Shown in pieces: positions 1 through 7,489 of a stretch of DNA of 36,911 bases. Source of the DNA: an uncultured Thermoplasmatales archaeon (GTDB taxonomy: Archaea; Thermoplasmatota; Thermoplasmata; Lutacidiplasmatales; UBA184); contig CAZCNZ010000115.1 of NCBI GenBank assembly GCA_964500245.1, positions 1 to 36,911 on the forward strand. Direction: 5' to 3'. A model generated the notes under the pieces. The model did not search any database and was not told the origin of the DNA. It worked only from the letters and a program-made list of their open reading frames with translations. Made by a program: the position numbers and the translations under genes. Position 1 is the first letter of the stretch. Each line of letters opens with the position of its first letter.

Positions 1-2
1 GC

Positions 3-671
3 ATTTCTCTCGAACCCGGAACCACGACCGACGTGGACTTCCCGGTGTCGTTCGTGCCCATGATTATCGGAGGGACCGGTGCCGCGTCCGAACGCTGGCA
101 GTTCGGGGACGGTACCGAGGCTTCCGTTGCGAACGCGACTCACGCCTGGACCCGCGCCGGAAACTACACGGTGACCTTCCGGTACGTGGACGAACTGGGC
201 GTGACCGCCAACTATTCCCTCAACGTGACGGTCCACTCGTCGCTCGCGGCCAGCTTCAGCTCCGGCAATGTTTCTGCGGGGAATCCCGCGGCACCGGGGA
301 CGCCGGTTCCGTTTTCCTCCACGATTTCGGGGGGGACTCCACCGTACCGTGTGGCATGGTCCTTCGGTGACGGGTCGATGGCGGCCGGCGCTTCGGTGGC
401 CCATAGCTACGCAGGGGCCGGGACGTATGTTGTCGGGGTGAACCTAACGGACGCCGTGGGCGCAACCGTACGAACGAACCTGACCGTCGTCGTCGCCACT
501 CCGTCCGCATCCAGCGGGGGCATCACCTCGCTGGGGGGCGGATTCGCGACGGGTCTCTTTGTCGGGCTGATCGTCGGTGGAGTGCTCGCGGCCGTGGTGC
601 TGTCCATCGCGGGATCCCGCAAGGGGGAACGATTGCCGCCGACGCCTGGCCCGCCCTATGTGCCGCCCTGA
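3..671 (+). CDS. PKD-repeat cell-surface protein, C-terminal part (5' end probably outside window), C-terminal TM anchor
   Basis: The frame is open from base 3, with no stop before the GTG at 33. Two PKD-like repeats are present (WQFGDGTEASVANATHAWTRAGNYTVTF; WSFGDGSMAAGASVAHSYAGAGTYVVGVNLTD), with several N-x-S/T sequons. A hydrophobic helix GLFVGLIVGGVLAAVVLSIAG is followed by a basic/Pro-rich tail. Confidence 0.75.
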   Translation: MSLEPGTTTDVDFPVSFVPMIIGGTGAASERWQFGDGTEASVANATHAWTRAGNYTVTFRYVDELGVTANYSLNVTVHSSLAASFSSGNVSAGNPAAPGTPVPFSSTISGGTPPYRVAWSFGDGSMAAGASVAHSYAGAGTYVVGVNLTDAVGATVRTNLTVVVATPSASSGGITSLGGGFATGLFVGLIVGGVLAAVVLSIAGSRKGERLPPTPGPPYVPP

Positions 672-1171
672 GCCGGCCGCGAGACCGTAGACCGGGACTC
701 CAGGCCGCGTTTCGGCCGACCGTCGATGCCGGCCTCCGAGAACAGGTAGCGCACCGGTACTCGGCGGGTGGCATGGGTCCAGTAGTCGCAACGCGTACAG
801 CGCTGGCCAAGCACCACGGTGTCGCCTGTGAGGGTTCGATTGTGGATCGGAGCGAGCGGCGAAGCGCAGACGGGACAGGCGACGAGCGGACGGAGCGAGG
901 GCCGCTCGGTGAAGCGGACGGTCATGCGAATGCCCGGGACATCGACGAGCAGACGCCGGAGCCGTGGACCGCCGAGGACCGCGAGCGGCTCCTCTCGGCG
1001 GATCTGGTGAAGGAGGGCCCTTCGGAATTCGGCCTGCGAGGAGAAGGATGCCTTGCCGCCGCGAACGACACGCCGGGCCGCGCGCTGGACGAGCTCCGCG
1101 GCCGGTCGTCGGTATCGGACGGCCCGCGTTCGCTTACCCGGCCGAGCGTCCGTGGCGCCCTTCTCGGGCAC
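656..1171 (-). CDS. Basic zinc-ribbon protein (CxxC-x21-CxxC), unknown function; start uncertain
   Basis: The C-terminal half carries CPVCASPLAPIHNRTLTGDTVVLGQRCTRCDYW. GC-rich third codon positions, read by eye, continue upstream of the only ATG (925) to about 1135. An in-frame GTG at 1171 is preceded by GAGGAGGAG (SD-like) 4 nt upstream and would overlap the ATPase gene by 38 nt. The ORF-track start at 1360 gives an Arg-rich junk-like N-terminus. Confidence 0.5.
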   Translation of the reverse strand: MPEKGATDARPGKRTRAVRYRRPAAELVQRAARRVVRGGKASFSSQAEFRRALLHQIRREEPLAVLGGPRLRRLLVDVPGIRMTVRFTERPSLRPLVACPVCASPLAPIHNRTLTGDTVVLGQRCTRCDYWTHATRRVPVRYLFSEAGIDGRPKRGLESRSTVSRPAQGGT

Positions 1172-2588
1172 GGATCTCCTCCTCGTAGAAGCGGCGGGCG
1201 AAGTCCGATTCCTCCGGTCCGATTCGGACCAATTCCGAAGGAGGGCCGGCGAAGTATGTGAGCAGCGAGGCGGCCGCCGCGAGCCGCACGGCCCGCGCCT
1301 TGAGCCGGGGCGAGAACTTCGGGAAGTCCGTCGTCTTGAGCGCCCGCTCCGACACCTCACGGAGTTTCTCGTAGAGGCCCCGCTCGAGGCGGACCGGCCG
1401 CGCGCGGAACTTGCCGGCGACGAGCGGATGGCCGGTCTCGATCGCGTAGACGAGGGTGAGGTGGTCCCGGACCTTCTGGGCGAGGGCGAAATCGAGGTCG
1501 CCGAGTTCGAGGCGCTCGGAGGCGGCTTCCACGGCTCGGAAGCGGGCGCGGGTCATCGGGTGGAACCGAAGCAGCATCCGGTCCTCGAGCGCCGCGAAGT
1601 TCGGGTCCGTGATGGTCGTCCAGTAGTCCTGCGCGCCCGCCGTCCGGACGTTGTAGTTGACCGAGAAGAACGAATGGAACGTGTACGGGCCCACGGTTCC
1701 GAAGGTGGTCTCCCACTTCACTTCCCGCTGCTCCATGACGAGCTTGAGCGGCTCGACCATGCCGCGGTACTTGAACCAGTCGTTGAATTCAGGGACGATG
1801 AAGTTGAACGTCCGGCCGGTGTACGCGGCTCCGACGCGCAGGAACTGAACCGGAGTGATCCCTCCGCAGTAGCGATTCCGTCCGGGAAGCCCGTGCGGGG
1901 GGACCCCGCTGCGAGGGTTGCCCCGGATGAGGTCGTCGATCGAAAACGTCTTGCCGGTTCCCGGGGGACCGAAGAGGGCCAGGTGGAAGCCGGTAGTACC
2001 CGTCGGTCGTCCCGTGGGCGCGAGCAGCGGCGCGTCGGCGAGCGCGTACTGTTGCAGGAGCGAGATCAACGAGTCAAAGTAGAGGTCCTCGCCGAAGAGG
2101 TCCTTGAGATAGCCGGCGAGCTTCTGGACGCTGAACGTCTTCCCGAACTCCAAGGTTTCGTTGAGTCGGTCGCGGAGGACCTCCCGCAGTCGGTCCAAGA
2201 ACTCCCCGTCCATCGCGCGGATCTCGGCCCGCTCGTCCGGGACGGGCCCCAGCGGGGAGGATTCGATCGCCTCGGAACGCTCGACCTCGTCCAAGAGGAG
2301 TTGACGCAGTTCCTCGGGGTAGGGCACTTGGTAGACCTTCTCGCCCCGACCCTCCGGAAGCTCGAGCAGCAAGCCCCGGCGCTTCAGCCGGGTCAAGAGT
2401 CGGGAGGAGTCCTCGAACACTCTCTCTCGCAACAGGCGAGCGCGAAGTTCTGAGAGACGGAACCGGGCCGGCTGTGCCGCCAAGCCGCGGACCGTTCTCC
2501 GCCGGTCGGAGTCGGCGACCATGGTCGCGAGGACACGGGCCACCGGCAAGTCCGAAGCGAGGATTTCGAGGCCGGGCGAAGCTGCCAC
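1134..2588 (-). CDS. wHTH-AAA+/P-loop ATPase, uncharacterised (MCM/Lon/BrxL-like motif order, no protease domain)
   Basis: Walker A is LALFGPPGTGKTF. A hydrophobic strand plus acidic residues FNFIVPEFNDW looks Walker-B-like, followed by EPLKLVMEQREVKWET and DPNFAALEDRMLL. The N-terminal winged-helix-like segment is LSELRARL...LLTRLKRRGLLLELPEGRGEKVYQV. The start codon is GTG at 2588. The family assignment is from memory of motif order only. Confidence 0.7.
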   Translation of the reverse strand: MAASPGLEILASDLPVARVLATMVADSDRRRTVRGLAAQPARFRLSELRARLLRERVFEDSSRLLTRLKRRGLLLELPEGRGEKVYQVPYPEELRQLLLDEVERSEAIESSPLGPVPDERAEIRAMDGEFLDRLREVLRDRLNETLEFGKTFSVQKLAGYLKDLFGEDLYFDSLISLLQQYALADAPLLAPTGRPTGTTGFHLALFGPPGTGKTFSIDDLIRGNPRSGVPPHGLPGRNRYCGGITPVQFLRVGAAYTGRTFNFIVPEFNDWFKYRGMVEPLKLVMEQREVKWETTFGTVGPYTFHSFFSVNYNVRTAGAQDYWTTITDPNFAALEDRMLLRFHPMTRARFRAVEAASERLELGDLDFALAQKVRDHLTLVYAIETGHPLVAGKFRARPVRLERGLYEKLREVSERALKTTDFPKFSPRLKARAVRLAAAASLLTYFAGPPSELVRIGPEESDFARRFYEEEIRAREGRHGRSAG

Positions 2589-2614
2589 TTTCCGCCACGA
2601 GCCTGCTCACCGAC

Positions 2615-2623
2615 TTATATTAT
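2615..2623. promoter_or_regulatory. Near-palindromic TATA element TTATATTAT in the 33-nt divergent intergenic region
   Basis: This is the only A/T-rich run between the minus-strand GTG at 2588 (27 nt away) and an in-frame plus-strand GTG at 2646 (23 nt away). It overlaps the annotated ATG at 2622. Confidence 0.5.
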
Positions 2624-3203
2624 GCCCACGCGGAAGTGTCCAGCCGTGGTCGGTCACAGTTCCTCTGCCTACGAAAGGGAACTCCGTAGACTCCTCGAGG
2701 GCGAGCCGAACGCCGTCCGGGAGTACGCTCGGGTGCTGCCGCCAACCCAACGCAAGGAGTTCGAGCGCATCATCGACACTCCGTTCCTCATCATCCGCGC
2801 CGCGGGATCCCTGGGATTCGACCTCGTCGCACTCCGACGAGAGTACCCGTTCCCGATCGAGGTGAAGGCCTCCTCCGAACCCGTCGTGCGGTTTTCGGCG
2901 GCGAGTGGGCGGGCGAACCAGCAGCTGGAAGCCCATCGAAAAGCGGTCGGCAGGGTCGGTCTCGCGGTCCTGTATGCCTACCGCCGGATTGGTCTTCGGG
3001 GCAGTGAAGTCTGGCGATTGTACTCCGCGGGAGACCCGCCGAAGAGCGGAATCCTCCGGCTCATCTTCCGGGAGCTTCCCCCGGTGGGTCAAACACCGGA
3101 GGGCAACGGCGTCCTCCGCTGGGAGGAGGGACTACCGCTCGCCCGATTCCTCAATAGGGCCCTGTTCCTGATGGAGCCGCCCGCGGAACCAGGGATCGGA
3201 TGA
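2622..3203 (+). CDS. hjc: Holliday-junction-resolvase (Hjc) family PD-(D/E)xK nuclease, atypically long
   Basis: Hjc-like motifs are YERELRRLLEG, IIRAAGSLGFDLVAL and FPIEVKAS (S-x3-D...E-V-K). There is a ~25-aa insert between the ERE helix and the RAAGS strand, plus a C-terminal extension. The true start may be GTG 2646, given the TATA geometry. The stop overlaps the thiolase start (ATGA at 3200). Confidence 0.7.
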   Translation: MPTRKCPAVVGHSSSAYERELRRLLEGEPNAVREYARVLPPTQRKEFERIIDTPFLIIRAAGSLGFDLVALRREYPFPIEVKASSEPVVRFSAASGRANQQLEAHRKAVGRVGLAVLYAYRRIGLRGSEVWRLYSAGDPPKSGILRLIFRELPPVGQTPEGNGVLRWEEGLPLARFLNRALFLMEPPAEPGIG

Positions 3204-4333
3204 CAGTTCACGTCGCGTCGGTCGGGATGGGCCGGTTTGGAAAGCGCTCGGAGGGTCTGATCGCCCTCGCCACCGAGGCCGCCAACCTGGCCCTCGAGGG
3301 CGTGGGCCGAAAGCCGATCGACCTGCTCGTGGTCGGCACGATGTTCTCCTCGGGGCCGTATGGCCGGGAGGCCATCCTCCCCCGGCTCGCGGGAGTCCTT
3401 GGCCTCGAGTCCGCGTCGGGGTTCCGAGTGGATTCCTCGAGCGGCACGGGGGGAATGGCGTTCCACGCGGCCGCGCTGGCGCTCGAGACGGGGGGTTTCG
3501 ACCGCGCCCTCGTGATCGGAGCGGAGAAGATGACCGACCGGTCGACGGCCGAGAACACCAAGGACCTCTCGGCGTCGCTCCACATGAGCGAGGTCGCCGC
3601 GGGGGCCACGATGCCGGGGCTCGCCGCGATCGTGGCCTCCCGCTACCTCCAGCGACATCACCTCACGAGCCACGTTTGTGACGTCTCGACCGTGCATGCC
3701 CGGGCGATGGCGGCCGCGAACCCGAACGCCCATTTCCAGAAGGCCGTCACTCTCGAAGAGGCGGCGACGAGCCGGCCGGTCGCGCTCCCGCTGCGGCTCC
3801 TTCATTGCTCGGCGATGTCGGACGGCGCCACCGCGGTCGTCCTCGAGAAGGGCAAGGGGCCCGCCACCGTGCTCGGTCTCGGTCAGGGGTTCGACGCCCT
3901 ACGGATCGTGGACCGGGAGGACCTCACGAGCTTCGCCGCGACGCGCGTCGCGGCGCGGCGGGCCTACGAAGCGGCGCACCTCACGCGGAAGGAGGTCAAC
4001 GTGATCGAGCTCCACGACGCATTCTCGCCGTTCTCGATGATCACCCTCGAGGACCTCGGGGTCTGCGGCCCGGGGGAGGCCCTCGGCTGGTTCGAGAAGG
4101 GATGGGTCGGCCTCAACGGCCGGCTACCGGTCAACCCGAGCGGCGGCGTGGTCGGTCGGGGCCACCCGGTGGCGGCCTCGGGCCTGGCCGAGATCGCCGA
4201 GGTCGCGCTCCAACTCCGGGGCGAGGCCGGCGCGCACTCGATCGGGAACCGACCGAAGGTCGGTCTCGCCCAGACGATCAGCGGGATCGGCTCGCACAAC
4301 TTCGTCACACTGCTCGGGAGGGAAGCCGCGTGA
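3200..4333 (+). CDS. Thiolase (archaeal acetyl-CoA acetyltransferase / SCP-x-type)
   Basis: Thiolase motifs are present: CSAMSDGATAVVL, NPSGG, GHPVAASGL. Length is 377 aa. It is followed by a DUF35 partner with a GTGA start/stop overlap. Confidence 0.85.
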   Translation: MTVHVASVGMGRFGKRSEGLIALATEAANLALEGVGRKPIDLLVVGTMFSSGPYGREAILPRLAGVLGLESASGFRVDSSSGTGGMAFHAAALALETGGFDRALVIGAEKMTDRSTAENTKDLSASLHMSEVAAGATMPGLAAIVASRYLQRHHLTSHVCDVSTVHARAMAAANPNAHFQKAVTLEEAATSRPVALPLRLLHCSAMSDGATAVVLEKGKGPATVLGLGQGFDALRIVDREDLTSFAATRVAARRAYEAAHLTRKEVNVIELHDAFSPFSMITLEDLGVCGPGEALGWFEKGWVGLNGRLPVNPSGGVVGRGHPVAASGLAEIAEVALQLRGEAGAHSIGNRPKVGLAQTISGIGSHNFVTLLGREAA

Positions 4334-4653
4334 CCACCGCCGGAGCCCTCGACCTCGCCCGATGTGAGTCGTGCCACACCCGATTCCTCCCGGCCGATGG
4401 GCCCTGCCCAAAGTGCGGGTCCACCCACTGCGTCCCGTACTCCTCGTCCGGTGTCGGAAAGGTCCTCGCCTCCACCGAACTCCTCTATCCGGCGGCAGGT
4501 TGGTCGGCCCCGCACCGGCTCGTGCTCGTCGAGCTCGCCGATGCGGTACGGGTTCTCGCGATCGTGGAGGGGTCACTTCCGGCCGCGGGAGCCGTCGTCG
4601 AGGTCCATCGCGACGGGGACGTCTATCGAGCTCGACCGGAACCTTCCGCGTAA
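4330..4653 (+). CDS. DUF35 family OB-fold / zinc-ribbon protein (thiolase partner)
   Basis: The GTG at 4330 overlaps the thiolase stop. A zinc ribbon CESCHTRFLPADGPCPKCGS is followed by an OB-like segment GVGKVLASTELLY...LVLVELADAVRVLAIVEG...VVEV. The upstream part of ORF 3805..4653 overlaps the thiolase gene in another reading frame and is not credible as coding. Confidence 0.8.
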   Translation: MTTAGALDLARCESCHTRFLPADGPCPKCGSTHCVPYSSSGVGKVLASTELLYPAAGWSAPHRLVLVELADAVRVLAIVEGSLPAAGAVVEVHRDGDVYRARPEPSA

Positions 4654-4656
4654 GGA

Positions 4657-4772
4657 CGCGGGGAGGGGGACGTCCCGAGGGGACGGTTTGCCCGACCCCC
4701 CTTTTGAACCCCCGAGGTGAAACCACCACTGGATTAGCAATCCAGCGCCTTACCGGGCTGGGCTATCCCCGC
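4657..4772 (-). tRNA. tRNA-Ser(GCU): tRNA-Ser (anticodon GCU) with a ~31-nt non-canonical intron in the T-loop
   Basis: On the minus strand the elements read: acceptor GCGGGGA, 3-bp D stem GCC/GGC, anticodon stem CTGGA/TCCAG with loop TTGCTAA, and long variable arm GGTG-GTTT-CACC. The T stem 5' half GGGGG and loop TTCAAA(A) are then followed by 31 nt (about 4671-4701). Only after that come CCCCC (T stem 3' half), TCCCCGC (a perfect 7-bp acceptor partner) and discriminator G. No contiguous T arm exists. Confidence 0.8.
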
Positions 4773-4798
4773 GCGAGGCGGTCGAGCCGCGTCCGCAC

Positions 4799-4804
4799 CT
4801 TAAA
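4799..4804 (-). promoter_or_regulatory. TATA-like box (TTTAAG on minus strand) upstream of tRNA-Ser
   Basis: An A/T hexamer lies 27 nt upstream of tRNA base 1 (4772) in otherwise GC-rich sequence. Confidence 0.5.
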
Positions 4805-4964
4805 CCTTCGGATACCGGGGAGTCTAGGGCCCAGTTCCGCTCATCCATGGCCGAACAGGAGATGCCGGAGTCAGGACCCGGTTCGCCGCCTCGGGCATTC
4901 TCTCTTCGGGCAGTTTCTCGGGAGGGTTATGTAGCGGCGCGGTGGTGCCGCGCCGGGAGAGGGT

Positions 4965-5930
4965 ATGCGGGTCGTCAAGGCCGGAGTCGTGGGCGCGGGC
5001 ACGATGGGAGCAGCGATCGCCGAGGTGCTCGCCCTCAACGGGATCGAAGTGGTGCTCAAGGACGTCGACGCGCCGCTCGTCGAGAAGGGCCTCGCTCGGG
5101 TCCGGGGGTTCGTCGACGAGCTGGTTCAGTTCCACGAGGGTCGTCCGGAGAAGGAGATCGACCGGATCAATGACCTGACCGGCGGCCTGACCGACGAACA
5201 GAAGACCAAGGTCCGGGCGAAGCTCGCGCCGAAGTTCACGCGCGCCCGTGGCGACGAGGTGGTGGCGCGGGTGCACGGAACGACCGAATATGGACCGTTC
5301 TCGGACGTCGACCTCGTCCTCGAGGCCGTGTTCGAAAAGGCCGAGGTGAAGCGGCCGGTGCTCGAGGCACTCGACACGGTGATCCCCGACCACGCGGTGA
5401 TCGGATCGAACACCTCTTCGCTCTCGATCACGCGGCTCGCCCGCGGGCTGAAGCACGTGCGGGAGACGCTCGTCGTGCACTTCTTCAACCCCTGCACGAC
5501 CCTGCCGCTTGTCGAGGTCTCCGGGGGCGTGGACACCCGAGAGGACGTCATCAGCGACACGATCGACTTCCTGCAGGGACTGCGCAACCACCGCTACCCG
5601 CTCGTCCCGATCCGGATCAAGGAGTCGCCTGCGTTCCTCGTGAACCGCCTCCTGATCCCGGTCCTCAACGAGGCATCGTTCGCCCTCGACGAAGGGGTCG
5701 CTTCCTCGCGCGACATCGACCTCGCGATGAAGACGGGCGCCGGCATGCCGATGGGGCCGTTCGAGCTCGCCGACATGATCGGACTCGACGTCTCGCTCGA
5801 GGTCGCCGAGACGTTGTTCCGGGAGTACGGGGACCCGAAGTATCGGCCCGCGCCATTGCTCGTGCGCCTGGTCGATGCAGGCCACCTCGGACGGAAGACC
5901 GGCAAGGGCTTCTACGACTACTCGACGTGA
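4965..5930 (+). CDS. 3-hydroxyacyl-CoA / 3-hydroxybutyryl-CoA dehydrogenase (NAD-binding)
   Basis: The N-terminal Rossmann motif is [31 protein letters not shown]. The family-typical core is SNTSSL...HFFNP, and the C-terminal domain carries GFYDY. Confidence 0.85.
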   Translation: MRVVKAGVVGAGTMGAAIAEVLALNGIEVVLKDVDAPLVEKGLARVRGFVDELVQFHEGRPEKEIDRINDLTGGLTDEQKTKVRAKLAPKFTRARGDEVVARVHGTTEYGPFSDVDLVLEAVFEKAEVKRPVLEALDTVIPDHAVIGSNTSSLSITRLARGLKHVRETLVVHFFNPCTTLPLVEVSGGVDTREDVISDTIDFLQGLRNHRYPLVPIRIKESPAFLVNRLLIPVLNEASFALDEGVASSRDIDLAMKTGAGMPMGPFELADMIGLDVSLEVAETLFREYGDPKYRPAPLLVRLVDAGHLGRKTGKGFYDYST

Positions 5931-6388
5931 GTCGTCCCGGGCCCTCGGACCCGGGAACGTTCATAGTTGAGGACGGCATCCTCCCGCCGATGAAGTTTCC
6001 ATCGCAGGAGTGGGCGACCGAGTTCATGGCGGCGATCAACGCGAACGAGGCCTACCGCGCCGCGGCCTCGGCGTGGGAAGGGGACATCCTGTTCCTCGTG
6101 CGCGTCGCGGACCCCAACGCCGCGGCGCCGGGGGTTCACCTAGCGCTCTCCCACGGACAGTGCTCCGCGGCGACGTTCCATGCCGACGCCCGGGCCATCT
6201 CGAGCGAGTTCATCTACGAGGGAACCTCGGAGAACTGGGAGAAACTCCTGAAGGGCGGGATCGACCCCGTGAAGGCGATCCTGGACGGGACGTTCAAGAT
6301 CCGGGGCAACCTCGCGAAAGCGATGCGGTTCACGAAGGCCGCCAAGGAGCTCGTCGAGACCGCCTCGAAGGTCCCGACGACTCCGTAG
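5927..6388 (+). CDS. SCP2 sterol-carrier-like domain protein
   Basis: The C-terminus [30 protein letters not shown] is typical of SCP2 domains. The GTG at 5927 overlaps the previous stop (GTGA). An alternative ATG at 5990 gives MKFPSQEW. Confidence 0.65.
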   Translation: MSRPGPSDPGTFIVEDGILPPMKFPSQEWATEFMAAINANEAYRAAASAWEGDILFLVRVADPNAAAPGVHLALSHGQCSAATFHADARAISSEFIYEGTSENWEKLLKGGIDPVKAILDGTFKIRGNLAKAMRFTKAAKELVETASKVPTTP

Positions 6389-6402
6389 GGTCGACGGTCC
6401 GG

Positions 6403-7449
6403 TCAGCCGGACGCCGCCGGCTTGGCGGCAGGTGTCGCGGGCGCGGCTGGCGCCGGGGCGGTCAGTGTTCCCGCCGACGCCGGTGGGGGCGTCGCCGCCG
6501 CGGGCTTGGGGGGTGCCGCCGGAGGCTTCGGAGGCGGCGGAATGAGGACTTTCGTGAGGAATGCGAGGATGCTTGCCCACGCGGCCTCTGCCGCGCCCAC
6601 CTCGTAGGCGGGGAGGTCGCGCCCGAGGAAGTTGTGGCGGGCGCCCGGGACCTCGACGAACTCGAACGAGCGGTCCAGCGCCGACTGGGCCGCGACGAGC
6701 TGGCTCCACGCCTTCGCCGTCGACCGGTCGGCCGACCCTCGGACGTAGAGGAGGGGAACGGTCACAAGATTCGCAAGGTCGTGCGGACGAACCGGCATGG
6801 GATAGGCGAGCGCGACGGCCGTGAGACGGGTCTCTTGCGCGGCCAGCGCCAGGGCGAGGCTCGCCCCGTAGGAGGTCCCGAACACCGCTGCCTTCGCCGG
6901 GTCGACCATCTCGCGGCCCCGGAGGTAGTCGAGAGCGTCCGCGTAGAGTCGGAGGAGTTGGGCGACCTTCGAGGAGCCCACGTCGACTCCCCCGCGGAGT
7001 TGCGCGCTCGATCGGAGGGTGAGGTGGAGGGTGGGCCCGGCGCTGTCCGACTTCACGATGTCGGGAATGAGCACCTCGAACCCGGCCCGAGCGAACCGGA
7101 TCGCGGCGTCGAGGAGCGTGGTCGTGATCCCATAAGTGTCCGGAGTGATCAGCACGATCGGATGTTTCACCCGTTTCGTGGGCGACAGTACGATGGCCTG
7201 CGCCTTTTCCGCGCGAATCGCGCCGGTCGGGAATGTCACCCGCTCGCTGCGGTAGAGGGGAGCCGGGGCCCCCGGCTTCTTGTCGGTCTTGAGCCAGGTC
7301 TTGTTCAGGAAGTCGAGCACGCAGAGCTTGAACCGCTCCTTGGTCAGGACCACGACGGCCTGGCGGGACCCGCAGATGTCACAGACCCCGACGACCCCAC
7401 TTCCGAACCGCGCGTCTGGGAGATCGAGGAGTCGGTCGTCGTCGCGCAT
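6403..7449 (-). CDS. Dienelactone-hydrolase-family alpha/beta hydrolase with Pro/Ala-rich C-terminal tail
   Basis: The alpha/beta hydrolase core includes HPIVLITPD, a nucleophile-elbow-like GTSYGAS, and PLLYVRGSADR...GARHNF. The start is taken at ATG 7449 (MRDDDRLLD). The upstream part of ORF 6403..7776 is Arg/Pro-rich and overlaps the PIN gene. The tail is PPPPKPPAAPPKPAAATPPPASAG... Confidence 0.65.
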   Translation of the reverse strand: MRDDDRLLDLPDARFGSGVVGVCDICGSRQAVVVLTKERFKLCVLDFLNKTWLKTDKKPGAPAPLYRSERVTFPTGAIRAEKAQAIVLSPTKRVKHPIVLITPDTYGITTTLLDAAIRFARAGFEVLIPDIVKSDSAGPTLHLTLRSSAQLRGGVDVGSSKVAQLLRLYADALDYLRGREMVDPAKAAVFGTSYGASLALALAAQETRLTAVALAYPMPVRPHDLANLVTVPLLYVRGSADRSTAKAWSQLVAAQSALDRSFEFVEVPGARHNFLGRDLPAYEVGAAEAAWASILAFLTKVLIPPPPKPPAAPPKPAAATPPPASAGTLTAPAPAAPATPAAKPAASG

Positions 7450-7489
7450 CGGTGGTGAACGGGAACGAAGTGCACGAGCCGGGCCCGAT

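Noticed and set aside
1130-1140. Frameshift-pseudogene interpretation of the ATPase / zinc-ribbon junction
   Set aside because: A single-G change would fuse the frames. However, an in-frame GTG at 1171 with a strong SD-like GAGGAGGAG gives a simpler two-gene explanation. It is kept only as an alternative in the findings.
1053-2453. 466-aa plus-strand ORF
   Set aside because: It is antisense to the Walker-A-containing ATPase gene. Its composition is Arg/Glu/Pro/Gly-rich with no motifs, which is a typical shadow ORF of a high-GC gene.
2589-2621. Replication origin next to the wHTH-AAA+ ATPase
   Set aside because: The intergenic region is only 33 nt. It has no repeated ORB-like boxes or extended A/T-rich unwinding element, and the ATPase lacks Orc1/Cdc6 motifs.
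4657-4772. Plus-strand reading of the same locus as tRNA-Ala(AGC)
   Set aside because: The plus-strand anticodon loop TTAGCAA could be read that way. However, no acceptor, D or T arms form on the plus strand, whereas the minus strand gives a full class II cloverleaf after intron removal.
4824-5885. 353-aa minus-strand ORF
   Set aside because: It is antisense to the clearly recognisable 3-hydroxyacyl-CoA dehydrogenase, and its composition is junk-like.
6010-7458. 482-aa plus-strand ORF
   Set aside because: It is extremely Arg/Gly-rich. It overlaps the SCP2 gene in another frame and runs antisense to the hydrolase gene, so it is a shadow ORF.
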